Assembly (NCBI RefSeq): GCF_013365475.1
Contig: NZ_CP046579.1
Location: 90,001 to 122,000, forward strand
Length of the DNA stretch: 32,000 nucleotides
Reading direction: 5' to 3'
Origin: Candidatus Saccharimonadota bacterium
Lineage (GTDB): Bacteria; Pseudomonadota; Alphaproteobacteria; Rickettsiales; Anaplasmataceae
Each line of letters begins with the position of its first letter. Within the stretch, counting starts at the first letter, position 1. Both the position numbers and the translations under genes were made by a program. Below are positions 9,362-18,929 of the stretch, piece after piece. The notes under the pieces were generated by a model. That model searched no databases. It saw only the letters and a list, made by a program, of their open reading frames with translations, and was not told the DNA's origin.

Positions 9362-11671
9362 ATGATTTCTAAAAATTTAGAGACAAGTTTAAATAGTGAA
9401 TTGATGATTGTATCTAATTTCAATTTTAAATATGCGCAAGTAGAACATCTATTACTAACTTTAATCAAAGATATCGATGTAGATTATCTTTTATCAAGGC
9501 GTAACATTAGAGCTGATGAAGTTATTAATATAGACAGTATTCTACCAAAGTGTAACGCTAAAACTAATAGATGTGATAATAAAATAAAAGGTCTTTTACA
9601 AGAGACTCCTGAAGTAACATTCAACGAAGTTAAGCCTAGCTCACTATTCCAGTATATAATACATAGAGTAATAACAAAGGCTCATAAATTAGAAAAAGAA
9701 GAAATAAGTGTAGTAAATGTTTTAGTGAAGATTTTATCTGAGCAAAATTTATATATTCAGTATCTATCCAAGAAACAAAATATGAAGGGTTCTAATTTAG
9801 TTTATCACATATCTAACATGAGATGCTCAAGTGATATAGATAAATATACTACTAATCACAAAGAAAAATTTATTAATAGAAAAAATGGCACCTTTTCTGT
9901 AGTAAATAAAAGTGAATCATCAAAAGATGAGGAAATTCTGCAAAATTATTGCAAAAATTTAAATGATTATGCAAAAAGTAAAAAAATAGACTACGTCATC
10001 GGTCGTGGCTATGAATTAAATCGTACTATAGAAATCTTATTAAGACGAAGAAAAAATAACCCTCTGTATGTTGGAAATCCAGGTGTTGGTAAAACAACTA
10101 TAGTTGAAGGTTTGGTACTAAAGATTATTGAAGGCAGTGTTCCAAACTTATTGAGTTCCAGTATAATTTATGCCTTAGATTTAGGTTCACTCCTTGCAGG
10201 AACAAGGTATAGAGGAGATTTCGAAGAGAGAATAAAATCTGTAATAAAAGCAATTGAAGCAAAACCAGGTGCTATTCTTTTCATTGATGAAATACACACT
10301 CTTATTGGAGCTGGCTCAACAAATAGTAGCTTCCTAGATGCTGGCAATTTGCTAAAACCTGCACTTGCAAGAGATACATTACGTTGCATAGGTGCAACTA
10401 CATACAGAGAATATAGCAATAGCTTTGAAAAGGACAAGGCATTAGCAAGAAGGTTTCAAAAGATTAACGTAAAAGAATCTTCTGTTAATGAGACAATAAA
10501 TATACTAAATGGTATAAAACACTACTATGAAGAGTATCACGGAGTACATTATACAAAATATGCTATTAAATTCGCAGCCGAGCTTTCACATAAATATATC
10601 AGTGGTTATGCATTACCTGATAAAGCAATTGATGTTATAGATGAGGCAGGAGCATATTGCAAATTACAAAAATACAGACGAAAAATTATAAATAGCAAAG
10701 ACATTAAAAACACTATTACTAGAATTACAAATATACCTTGCGGATCTGAATCTAATGATATACAGAAAATCGAATCTTTAAAAAGGAACCTCGAAAAGGT
10801 AATTTTTGGTCAGAGCGAAGCGATAGAATCTCTTATTAACTCTATCAAGATTGCTAAATCTGGACTTAGAAATCATAATAAACCTTTAGCAAACTATCTT
10901 TTTGCAGGACCAACTGGTGTTGGTAAGACTGAACTTACAAAACAATTAGCAAAAAGTATGAATATGAACCTTGTAAGCTTTGATATGTCTGAATATAAAG
11001 AATCCTATTCAATATCTAGAATGATTGGTTCCCCTCCTGGGTATATAGGTTACGATCAAGGTGGATTGCTTACAGAAGCTGTGTCTAATAACAAATATAG
11101 TATAGTACTTTTTGACGAAATTGAGAAGGCTCACAGCGATATTTATAATATATTACTCCAAATTATGGATCACGGTTATATTACAGATACCTACGGACGT
11201 AAAGTTGATTTTACTAGCGTAATTTTAATTATGACAACTAATATGCTTGCATCTGAGTGCAATAAAAATTCCATCGGATTCGAACATCAAGATTTTAATG
11301 TTGCAGATAGCAAAAAAGCAATAGAGCAAGCTTTCAGCCCTGAATTTCGCAATCGTCTTGATGCAATTATTTCTTTCTCTTACTTACATATGGATGTAAT
11401 CCTGGATATTGTAGATAAATTCATTCAAGAACTTAAGATACAATTAGCACAAAAGTGTATAAATTGTTTGGTAGAAGAAGAAGTAAAGCCTTACCTTGCA
11501 CAAATTGGTTATAGCAAGAAAATGGGAGCTCGTTCAATAGAGAGGCTGATTGAAAAAGAGATAAAAAGCTATTTAGCTGAAGAAATACTAAATCGTCGGC
11601 TAATTAAAGGAAAAAAATTAAGAATTTATATGGATAAACAAAAAAATAAGATTGCTTTTGATATCATTTAA
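9362..11671 (+). CDS. clpA: ATP-dependent Clp protease ATP-binding subunit ClpA
   Basis: The 769 aa product has a Clp_N-like N-domain and two AAA+ modules: GNPGVGKT with ILFIDEIHTLIGAG, and GPTGVGKT with VLFDEIEKAH. It is collinear with E. coli ClpA as I remember it (RRRKNNPL, LARRFQKI, PDKAIDVIDEAGA, SPEFRNRLD, GARSIER). Confidence 0.95.
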   Translation: MISKNLETSLNSELMIVSNFNFKYAQVEHLLLTLIKDIDVDYLLSRRNIRADEVINIDSILPKCNAKTNRCDNKIKGLLQETPEVTFNEVKPSSLFQYIIHRVITKAHKLEKEEISVVNVLVKILSEQNLYIQYLSKKQNMKGSNLVYHISNMRCSSDIDKYTTNHKEKFINRKNGTFSVVNKSESSKDEEILQNYCKNLNDYAKSKKIDYVIGRGYELNRTIEILLRRRKNNPLYVGNPGVGKTTIVEGLVLKIIEGSVPNLLSSSIIYALDLGSLLAGTRYRGDFEERIKSVIKAIEAKPGAILFIDEIHTLIGAGSTNSSFLDAGNLLKPALARDTLRCIGATTYREYSNSFEKDKALARRFQKINVKESSVNETINILNGIKHYYEEYHGVHYTKYAIKFAAELSHKYISGYALPDKAIDVIDEAGAYCKLQKYRRKIINSKDIKNTITRITNIPCGSESNDIQKIESLKRNLEKVIFGQSEAIESLINSIKIAKSGLRNHNKPLANYLFAGPTGVGKTELTKQLAKSMNMNLVSFDMSEYKESYSISRMIGSPPGYIGYDQGGLLTEAVSNNKYSIVLFDEIEKAHSDIYNILLQIMDHGYITDTYGRKVDFTSVILIMTTNMLASECNKNSIGFEHQDFNVADSKKAIEQAFSPEFRNRLDAIISFSYLHMDVILDIVDKFIQELKIQLAQKCINCLVEEEVKPYLAQIGYSKKMGARSIERLIEKEIKSYLAEEILNRRLIKGKKLRIYMDKQKNKIAFDII

Positions 11672-11676
11672 AACTC

Positions 11677-11704
11677 TTGTATTGAGTTTAGTTTTTGTTA
11701 TAAT
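11677..11704 (+). promoter_or_regulatory. Candidate sigma70-type promoter for the aldolase gene (extended -10)
   Basis: TGT-TATAAT, with TATAAT at 11699-11704, lies 27 nt upstream of the ATG at 11732. TTGTAT at 11677-11682 is a possible -35 with a 16 nt spacer. The site is part of the exact 12-mer TTGTTATAATTA (11695-11706), also found at 16128-16139 and 28704-28715. Confidence 0.35.
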
Positions 11705-11731
11705 TAAGCTGTAACCTGAGTCATAGTAACA

Positions 11732-12628
11732 ATGAATAATAAAGTAAGGCAAATCTTAAGTTACTACGAGAGTGAAAATCCTGGAGTAAAAGCAAACCTC
11801 ACTCGTATTCTCATGCATGGTAAGCTTGGTGGAACTGGCAGGCTAGTAATTCTCCCGGTAGATCAAGGGTTTGAACATGGACCAATAAAAAGTTTTGAAG
11901 TTAACCCTGACGCTTACAATCCACATTATCATTTTCAGCTTGCAGTTGATTCAGGAGTAAGTGCATACGCTGCACCGCTTGGTATGATCGAGGCTGGTAT
12001 TTCAACTTATATAGGAATGCTTCCGCTTATTTTGAAACTTAACAGCTCCAACTCTTTGCATTCTAGAAGTCTATCTCCTGATCAGGCAATTACCGCTTCT
12101 GTGAAGGATGCACTGCGTTTAGGCTGTACAGCTATTGGTTTCACCATATATCCTGGTTCTGCTAAATGTTTTAACATGATAGAAGAAGCACGTGAAATCA
12201 TAGCTGAAGCCAAATCTTGCGGGCTTGCAGTAGTACTATGGTCTTATCCACGTGGTGAAGGCCTTTCTAAGGAAGGAGAAACAGCAGTTGATATTATTTC
12301 TTATGCTGCACACGTGGCAGCTTTGCTAGGTGCCAACATAATAAAAGTAAAACTTCCCACTATGCATTTAGAAAAAGAAAAAATAAAAACTCAGAACATT
12401 GAATCTTTATCCAAAAGAATTGAATACGTCAGAAAATCTTGTTTTGAAGGGAAAAGAATAGTGATTTTCTCCGGTGGAGAATCGAAGTCAGTGAGTGATA
12501 TATGCAACGAAGCAAAAGAAATTAAACAAGGTGGTGGCAATGGCTCAATCATTGGACGTAACTCTTTTCAAAGAAAAAGAGAGGAGGCATTGTCTATGCT
12601 AAAAGATATAATGGATATCTACGCATAA
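11732..12628 (+). CDS. fbaB: Class I (DhnA/FbaB-type) fructose-bisphosphate aldolase family protein
   Basis: The 298 aa product shows LVILPVDQGFEHGP near the N-terminus, a TIM-barrel-like pattern, an IIKVKLP lysine region and a C-terminal GGNGSIIGRN. This matches my memory of the DhnA-type aldolase family. The exact substrate is not provable from sequence. Confidence 0.8.
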   Translation: MNNKVRQILSYYESENPGVKANLTRILMHGKLGGTGRLVILPVDQGFEHGPIKSFEVNPDAYNPHYHFQLAVDSGVSAYAAPLGMIEAGISTYIGMLPLILKLNSSNSLHSRSLSPDQAITASVKDALRLGCTAIGFTIYPGSAKCFNMIEEAREIIAEAKSCGLAVVLWSYPRGEGLSKEGETAVDIISYAAHVAALLGANIIKVKLPTMHLEKEKIKTQNIESLSKRIEYVRKSCFEGKRIVIFSGGESKSVSDICNEAKEIKQGGGNGSIIGRNSFQRKREEALSMLKDIMDIYA

Positions 12629-12633
12629 AAATT

Positions 12634-12706
12634 GGCTGGGTGGCAGAATGGTTTAATGCGGAGGACTGCAAATCCTTTTACACCGGTTCAATTCCGGTCC
12701 CGGCCT
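12634..12706 (+). tRNA. tRNA-Cys (anticodon GCA)
   Basis: Folded by hand. Acceptor GGCTGGG/CCCGGCC includes one G-U pair. Anticodon stem GAGGA/TCCTT with loop CTGCAAA. T arm ACCGG-TTCAATT-CCGGT. The discriminator is U, as expected for Cys. CCA is not encoded. The gene starts 5 nt after the aldolase stop and is followed by a T9 run. Confidence 0.9.
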
Positions 12707-13636
12707 TCTTCATTTTTTTTATATTTCACAAAAATGATTCAATAGGTTTTTAGTGAGTAACTTACCTTAACATACCCAAGCTTGCCAATGACTTTATCTT
12801 GGAACTATCATGAGCTACACCACTGTTCCAATTAAAAAATTGTTTGCATAAAAACTTTGCTAAGATTTTACTTTAATAGTTTCAGTACTTTTACTATTCT
12901 ACAATCAGTAATAACCACTTTGTTAACATCAAGAAAACAATTATATCAACACTGTCGAAAAACAACTACACTTAATTCCTAAAAGGGAAATTACATCTTT
13001 ACTTTAATATAAACAAAAATCTCTTATATTATATTAAGCATTAAGCTAATGTTCTAAAAATGGGAATCATAGCCTGTTAAATTCATAGACCTCAATGTAA
13101 GAAATATCATTACTATATAATTAGCAAAGTTGCATAAAACGCTGATAACTTAGACTAAGTTTTGTAAACCTCTTACTATTGAAATAGTAAACATATAAAT
13201 CAAGTATAAGATACCCAGACACGCATACACACAAAAGCTTTTTTTGAGATCAATTACATTCGAATACTCTTTCTTTACTAACTTCGTAATGACTTTTCAG
13301 AAGACCAAACTTATTAATAGAGACAGCAACAACTACAAGTTTTATATCTCTTATCTTAACTTAAAGCTAAGTTTATCTAGCAGACTTTCTGTACATAACA
13401 AGAATCTTTTTAGCTAAAAAATTAAACTTACCCTTGTTCTATTTTTCTTGATTATATTCTCTAAATAATTCAATATAACTAACCTGCTTAGCAGTTATAT
13501 AAAAGCAAGAACAGAATATCAGCAATATGAATTGCATAAAAAACTTACCTATATCTACAAGAAAAATCAATAAGAAAGTCTTCTTTTAAAGTTGCAATTA
13601 TACTTTTGTAGTATTCTATGGTAGAAAGTAAGTTGA

Positions 13637-14689
13637 ATGGTATCATACAAAATGACACTACATAATTTATTGTTCTTGCTTCCATCTGAGATCGCTCACT
13701 CCTTGTCAATTATAATTTTGAAAAAGATGCCTTATAAGAACCCTACAGAACAATTACCAGAATCTCTAACGGTAAACTTCTTTGGCAATAAGCTCAGGAG
13801 CCCTGTAGGCCTTGCTGCAGGTTTTGACAAGAATGCAGAAGTTATAAAGTCCATGCTATCATTTGGTTTTGGCTTTATTGAAGCAGGTACCGTAACCAAA
13901 CACCCTCAATATGGGAACAAAAAACCAAGAATCTTCCGATTAGTTCAAGATGAAGGAATAATTAACAGATTGGGATTCAATAATAAAGGAATAGATTACT
14001 TTCTCAAACAAATAAACAAAATTAGGTTAGATAATTGCATCTTTGGCATCAATATAGGAAAAAACAGTACATCCAAGAGCCAGATTAGTGATTATGTTGA
14101 CTTAATAAAGATGGTACATGGGAAAGGCAACTATACAGTGCTGAACATTTCATCTCCAAATACACCTAATTTGCGCAATTTGCACAACAAACAAGAATTG
14201 TCTGAATTGCTAAAATCCGTGATTTTAACTAAGGAATCAATTGATAGTTATAAATCTACACCTATAATGCTAAAAATCTCACCAGATATAGATCAAAAAA
14301 CAAAAGAAAACATTGTTGAGCTCGCATTGGAACATAAAATTGATGGTTTAGTAATAAGCAACACTACAGTCAGTAGAAGCAATCTGCACTTTTATCATAA
14401 TGAAAGTGGTGGACTGAGTGGTAAGCCATTATTCAAACTCTCAACTGAGCTATTGAGTGATATATATAAACTTACTAAAGGGAAAATGCTGTTGATAGGA
14501 TGTGGAGGAATCTCAAGCGGTATTGATGCATACAAAAAAATAAAGGCTGGAGCATCACTGATACAATTATATACCGCTCTCATATACCATGGACCTCAGG
14601 TAGTGAATAAAATCAATCTAGAACTTGCAGAGCTAATAAGAAAAGACGGATTGAGTAACATCAGTGAGGCAGTTGGCTGTGACTATTAG
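13637..14689 (+). CDS. pyrD: Dihydroorotate dehydrogenase (quinone), class 2
   Basis: The 350 aa product shows GLAAGFDKN, GFIEAGTVT, PRIFRL, INRLGFNNKG, NISSPNTPNLR, ISNTT, GGLSGKPL and IGCGGI. It is collinear with E. coli PyrD. An alternative ATG lies at 13652. Confidence 0.95.
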   Translation: MVSYKMTLHNLLFLLPSEIAHSLSIIILKKMPYKNPTEQLPESLTVNFFGNKLRSPVGLAAGFDKNAEVIKSMLSFGFGFIEAGTVTKHPQYGNKKPRIFRLVQDEGIINRLGFNNKGIDYFLKQINKIRLDNCIFGINIGKNSTSKSQISDYVDLIKMVHGKGNYTVLNISSPNTPNLRNLHNKQELSELLKSVILTKESIDSYKSTPIMLKISPDIDQKTKENIVELALEHKIDGLVISNTTVSRSNLHFYHNESGGLSGKPLFKLSTELLSDIYKLTKGKMLLIGCGGISSGIDAYKKIKAGASLIQLYTALIYHGPQVVNKINLELAELIRKDGLSNISEAVGCDY

Positions 14690-14774
14690 TCTAAGCAACT
14701 TTATTTTAATAGATTAAAAATAATTTTTTGCTATAAAAATATGGCAGGAGGTGTTACCTTTTAAGGTGAAAAAC

Positions 14775-15521
14775 ATGCAAAATCTAAACGATACTATATC
14801 TCAAATTATCAATTATAGGTTCAAAAATGATGCTATATTAGAAGAAGCATTAACTCATCCAAGCTTAAATAAAAGAAATAGCAAAAATCAAATTGAAAAC
14901 TATGAAAGGCTAGAATTTTTGGGTGATAGTATTTTAAACATGGTTGTATCCACTATACTGTTTAAGCTTTTTCCTGAAGAAAAAGAAGGAAGCTTAGCAA
15001 AAAGAAAAACTGATTTAGTTTGTGGCAGTACTATTGCTAACGTTGCTAAAGTAATAAAACTTGGTGACTTCATTATTATGAATAATAGTGAGCGCTGTAA
15101 CGGAGGAAAGTGTAACTTAAAAAACTTAGAAAACGCACTTGAAGCACTGATAGGTGCTATTTATATTGACGGAGGATTTAAAAACGTTGAAAGGTTTGTT
15201 CTCCAATATTGGGAGAAATTAGCTAAATACATGCAAAATCCTCCTCAAGATCCTAAAACTTCACTACAAGAATGGACACAGAAGAATAAGTTGCCTTTAC
15301 CAGAATATGAGCTTGCAAAGCAAGATGGACCTGCACACAGCCCTAAATTTACTATATCAGTTTGCATAGAAAACTATGGCAGAGTTTCTGCATGTGCTTC
15401 TAGCAAAAAGGTTGCTGAACAAAAGGCAGCTGAGTTAATGCTAGAAAAAGTCAACAACAGTAGTAAAATTACCCAAACTTATAAAGAAGTTAAAAACAAA
15501 AACTTTCCAACCAAAAAATAA
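14775..15521 (+). CDS. rnc: Ribonuclease III
   Basis: The RNase III signature ERLEFLGDS, the later EALIGAIYIDGG, and a C-terminal dsRBD (PKTSLQEW...PKFTISV...AEQKAAE) are present. The ORF track starts at GTG 14751. I prefer ATG 14775 because AAGGTG sits 6 nt upstream. A TGC-TATAAA element at 14729-14737 is a possible -10. Confidence 0.92.
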   Translation: MQNLNDTISQIINYRFKNDAILEEALTHPSLNKRNSKNQIENYERLEFLGDSILNMVVSTILFKLFPEEKEGSLAKRKTDLVCGSTIANVAKVIKLGDFIIMNNSERCNGGKCNLKNLENALEALIGAIYIDGGFKNVERFVLQYWEKLAKYMQNPPQDPKTSLQEWTQKNKLPLPEYELAKQDGPAHSPKFTISVCIENYGRVSACASSKKVAEQKAAELMLEKVNNSSKITQTYKEVKNKNFPTKK

Positions 15522-15564
15522 GATATTTTGTTGCTTCAAATGAATACACATAGTTAGCTAAGTG

Positions 15565-15636
15565 TGACTCTTACGGGATTTGAACCCGTGTTACCACCGT
15601 GAAAGGGTGATGTCCTAACCACTAGACGAAAGAGTC
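15565..15636 (-). tRNA. tRNA-Glu (anticodon UUC)
   Basis: The reverse complement folds by hand. Acceptor GACTCTT/AAGAGTC, D arm GTCT-AGTGGTTA-GGAC, anticodon stem TCACC/GGTGG with loop CTTTCAC, T arm ACGGG-TTCAAAT-CCCGT, discriminator A. CCA is not encoded. Confidence 0.9.
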
Positions 15637-16108
15637 AATATAAATTAACTAGGGTACATTGATTATTTGCACAAAGTCAATTCAATTATTTCATGGCAAA
15701 ATTAGAAAGAGACTTCTTACGTAGCTCAAGTCGATTTTGTTATATAGCAAAGAAAGGCTACAGCTGAAGATTATAAGCAATCTATAAAAAATTTGTTCTT
15801 TTGTAATCAATTTTATCAAATTCAAGATAAGAAAAGTAAATTTTTATTTATATACATTACATACATTAGTAGATTTAATTTTATTAAAATAAAAACAGTT
15901 GATTATAAGTATCTAAATTTAGAAATAAACAATGTATTATCTAATTCTAGAACATTTAAAAACTATCATTATATTTATACTTAATTATCAAATTTTTATA
16001 CTATTTTTCATTGAGAAAATAGCTTAAGCATACCGTTAACTTAATTACTTATTCATTTCGGTAATCTAGGTTATCTTGATTACATTTCTAACTGTAACTA
16101 TAAACTTA

Positions 16109-16137
16109 TAGACTATTTACCACACTGTTGTTATAAT
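16109..16137 (+). promoter_or_regulatory. Candidate sigma70-type promoter for gatA (extended -10)
   Basis: TAGACT at 16109-16114 matches TTGACA at 4 of 6 positions. After a 17 nt spacer comes TGT-TATAAT, with TATAAT at 16132-16137, 25 nt upstream of the ATG at 16163. The same 12-mer TTGTTATAATTA occurs upstream of fbaB. Confidence 0.35.
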
Positions 16138-16162
16138 TAGTCCTCGCTAAAATTGAATATTA

Positions 16163-17638
16163 ATGAACGAATTAAGAAAACTAAGCATCACAGAGATGCG
16201 TCATGGACTCAACAGAAAAGATTTTTCAGCTACTGAACTTGCAGAGGTACATATTAGTGCAGTTGAAGATGAAAAATTAAATGCATTTGTAACAAAAACT
16301 CCAGAAATAGCAATAAAAGCTGCTAAAGCAGCAGATGAATATTTCTCAAAACAAAAAGGTAACATGGTCCCACCACTCATGGGTATACCAGTTGGTGTAA
16401 AAGACTTATTTTGCACAAAAGGAATAAAAACAACAGCATGTTCAAAAATGCTAGAAAACTTCGTTCCAACTTATGAATCTACGGTATCAGAATTGCTTCT
16501 CAAAAGCGGGGCAGCATTGCTCGGTAAGCTTAACATGGATGAATTTGGTATGGGATCTGCAAATACCAATAGTTGGTTTGGTCCTGTCGAAAACGTTTGG
16601 ACTAGGAAAAGTGATGGGGAAAAGGTTGTACCTGGTGGATCATCTGGTGGGTGTGCATCAGCAGTTGCTGGATTCTTGTGCGCTGGAGCACTTGGAAGTG
16701 ACACAGGAGGATCTGTACGTCAACCAGCAGCCTACTGTGGGGTAGTTGGGATAAAACCAACTTACGGGAGATGTTCACGTTTTGGCATGATTGCGTTTGC
16801 AAGTTCTATGGATCAAGCAGGAGTCATTACGCGTTCTGTCTCTGATTCAGCATTAATGCTAGAAGTAATTTGTGGTTATGACAATAAAGACTCAACTTCA
16901 AGCGAAAGACTAGTACCAAAGTTTTCTAGCCTTATAAGTGGTAATATTAAAGGTAAGCGCATTGGTATACCAAAAGAGTATAGAATGGATGGAATTTCAG
17001 AAGAAATAGTTCATTATTGGGAAAAAGTTTCTTTAAATCTAAAAGAAATTGGTGCTGAAGTTGTTGATATTACTTTACCGCACACTAAATATACAATACC
17101 AGTCTACTATTTAATTTGCTTTGCAGAGGCTTCATCTAACCTTGCTCGTTATGATGGCGTACGTTATGGATTTAGGGCTGATGCTGATACTCTTGAAGAA
17201 ATGTATTCATTAACAAGAGCAGAAGGCTTTGGAAAAGAAGTGAAAAGAAGGATCTTAATCGGTGCTTATGCACTTTCTTCAGATCATTATAATGAATGTT
17301 ACGAGAAAGCGCAACGTATCAGGGCATTAATTAGGAATGATTTCATAAAAGCATTTAAGAAAGTAGACTACATACTTGTTCCATCCGCTCCGACAGAAGC
17401 TTTCGGCTTAAATGAAAAGCTAGATCCGCTAATTATGTGTATTAATGATGTCTTTACCGTGCCAGCAAGTCTAGCTGGCTTACCTGCTATCTCCATTCCT
17501 GTTGGACTTTCTAATGAGGGTTTACCACTCGCTTTACAGGTCATTGGAAATTATTATGATGAAGCTGGAATATTGAATGTAGCAAAAGTAATTGAGCAAA
17601 ATTGTGGTAGAATAATTGAGCTACGCAGCTCAGTTTAA
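16163..17638 (+). CDS. gatA: Asp-tRNA(Asn)/Glu-tRNA(Gln) amidotransferase subunit A
   Basis: The 491 aa product shows an amidase signature with GIPVGVKDLF, GGSSGG and GSDTGGSVRQPAAYCGVVGIKPTYG. Neither gatC nor gatB is adjacent. Confidence 0.96.
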   Translation: MNELRKLSITEMRHGLNRKDFSATELAEVHISAVEDEKLNAFVTKTPEIAIKAAKAADEYFSKQKGNMVPPLMGIPVGVKDLFCTKGIKTTACSKMLENFVPTYESTVSELLLKSGAALLGKLNMDEFGMGSANTNSWFGPVENVWTRKSDGEKVVPGGSSGGCASAVAGFLCAGALGSDTGGSVRQPAAYCGVVGIKPTYGRCSRFGMIAFASSMDQAGVITRSVSDSALMLEVICGYDNKDSTSSERLVPKFSSLISGNIKGKRIGIPKEYRMDGISEEIVHYWEKVSLNLKEIGAEVVDITLPHTKYTIPVYYLICFAEASSNLARYDGVRYGFRADADTLEEMYSLTRAEGFGKEVKRRILIGAYALSSDHYNECYEKAQRIRALIRNDFIKAFKKVDYILVPSAPTEAFGLNEKLDPLIMCINDVFTVPASLAGLPAISIPVGLSNEGLPLALQVIGNYYDEAGILNVAKVIEQNCGRIIELRSSV

Positions 17639-17697
17639 TACAAACTTACTTATCAAGTAACAAATTATGTATACAATGTTACACTATAAGTTTTTAA

Positions 17698-18627
17698 CTA
17701 AAAAGTGACAAGCTTGACAAAAAATAATGATATTATTAGTGGAACATAAAATAGTCCAACTGTGGTACTGATGAGAAGTAACAAAGTAGCTCTATCTGGC
17801 TGGTAATTTAAAATATTAGCAAGTATTACACTAGATCCAGAAACTGGAATGATAGCTAGTAACATCAATGCTTTATATATACTTTCATCGTATATACCTA
17901 TAATATGTTTATCTATCAAAACAATCCCCAAAACAAACAATGGCCAGAATACATACTTTGCTGTAATAGTAGTTAAAGCAAGCTTCCAATCTATTTTAAA
18001 GTTTGTAATTTGTGCAATACTCACTCCAAGAAGAACCATTCCTAATGTAATGAATGTACTTCTAACATTCATCATAACATCCGTCAAAAAAGTAGGTATT
18101 TGTATATTACATATACTTAAAAAGAAACCTAAAACCATTGCATAAGATGAAGGAAGCCTAAATAATCTTAACATGCACTCTCTTGCTGTATATATACCAT
18201 TTGCAGCTATATAAAATCCTAAGCTATTTTCAAACAGTGCCATTCCTATATAACAGACAACATATACAGATACTGAGTCCTCATCAAACAAAGTCATAGC
18301 AATCGGAAGCCCAAAATATCCCATACTTGTACTACCTGAGCTAAATGCTAATATGTTTTTCGTGTTATCCTTGAATAGAAAAGAAGAAAGATAATAAACC
18401 GACAAGGACATAGTGCTACCTATAAACCATATCAAAACTGGTAAAGAAATTACTTTTAAGTTAACCTCTGTATGAGATACTCCATACAAAATCACTATTG
18501 GATTAGCTATATAAAAAAGTATTTGAGATATAGTATTTTTATCAATCTTGAGGCATTTTCCTGCTAAACAACCAATAAGTATTGTAATATAAATAGGCAA
18601 TATTTTGAGAAAAAGCGTAAAAAACAT
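17698..18627 (-). CDS. AEC (auxin efflux carrier)-family membrane transporter
   Basis: The 309 aa polytopic protein has a family-like N-terminus (ILPIYITILIGCLAGK...) and a C-terminal half (IIPVSGSSVILANILNYQPDRATLLLLISTTVG) resembling the two inverted repeats of AEC permeases as I recall them. The substrate is unknown. Confidence 0.65.
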   Translation of the reverse strand: MFFTLFLKILPIYITILIGCLAGKCLKIDKNTISQILFYIANPIVILYGVSHTEVNLKVISLPVLIWFIGSTMSLSVYYLSSFLFKDNTKNILAFSSGSTSMGYFGLPIAMTLFDEDSVSVYVVCYIGMALFENSLGFYIAANGIYTARECMLRLFRLPSSYAMVLGFFLSICNIQIPTFLTDVMMNVRSTFITLGMVLLGVSIAQITNFKIDWKLALTTITAKYVFWPLFVLGIVLIDKHIIGIYDESIYKALMLLAIIPVSGSSVILANILNYQPDRATLLLLISTTVGLFYVPLIISLFFVKLVTF

Positions 18628-18929
18628 ATTAGCCTAAACTACAATCCTTCTTGATATTTTTAACTGACAAAGTGACATTAGATCTTAAGATATTACAAAA
18701 GTAAATAAAATTTATTTTCCAGTTTACCTAGCTTAGAGTGAACTAAAAAATCTTCTTGCATACCTTTTTATAGCGATAGACTTACTAAAAAAGCAAAGTT
18801 TATTCCAACTTAACTTTGCTATGTACTTTCAATGATATAAGACAGAAAATTTATAAAAAGCAACTATTCTATAAAATAAAAAGAATTTATGCTTACACAT
18901 TTTAGTAATAAACAATTTGATAAAAACTG

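Noticed and set aside
11671-11700. Weak AT-rich hairpin after clpA (AAACTC-ttgtatt-GAGTTT followed by agtttttgtt), and a similar 6 bp hairpin after gatA (TTACTT-atc-AAGTAA near 17650), considered as terminators
   Set aside because: The stems are only 6 bp and almost entirely A-T, so their predicted stability is marginal. The clpA one also overlaps the proposed fbaB -35 region. I did not list them as features.
15793-15984. 63 aa ORF in the tRNA-Glu/gatA spacer
   Set aside because: It starts at TTG in a stretch that is very AT-rich by eye. The product (FFCNQFYQIQDKKSKFLFIYITYISRFNFIKIK...) is the composition-driven translation expected of non-coding AT-rich DNA.
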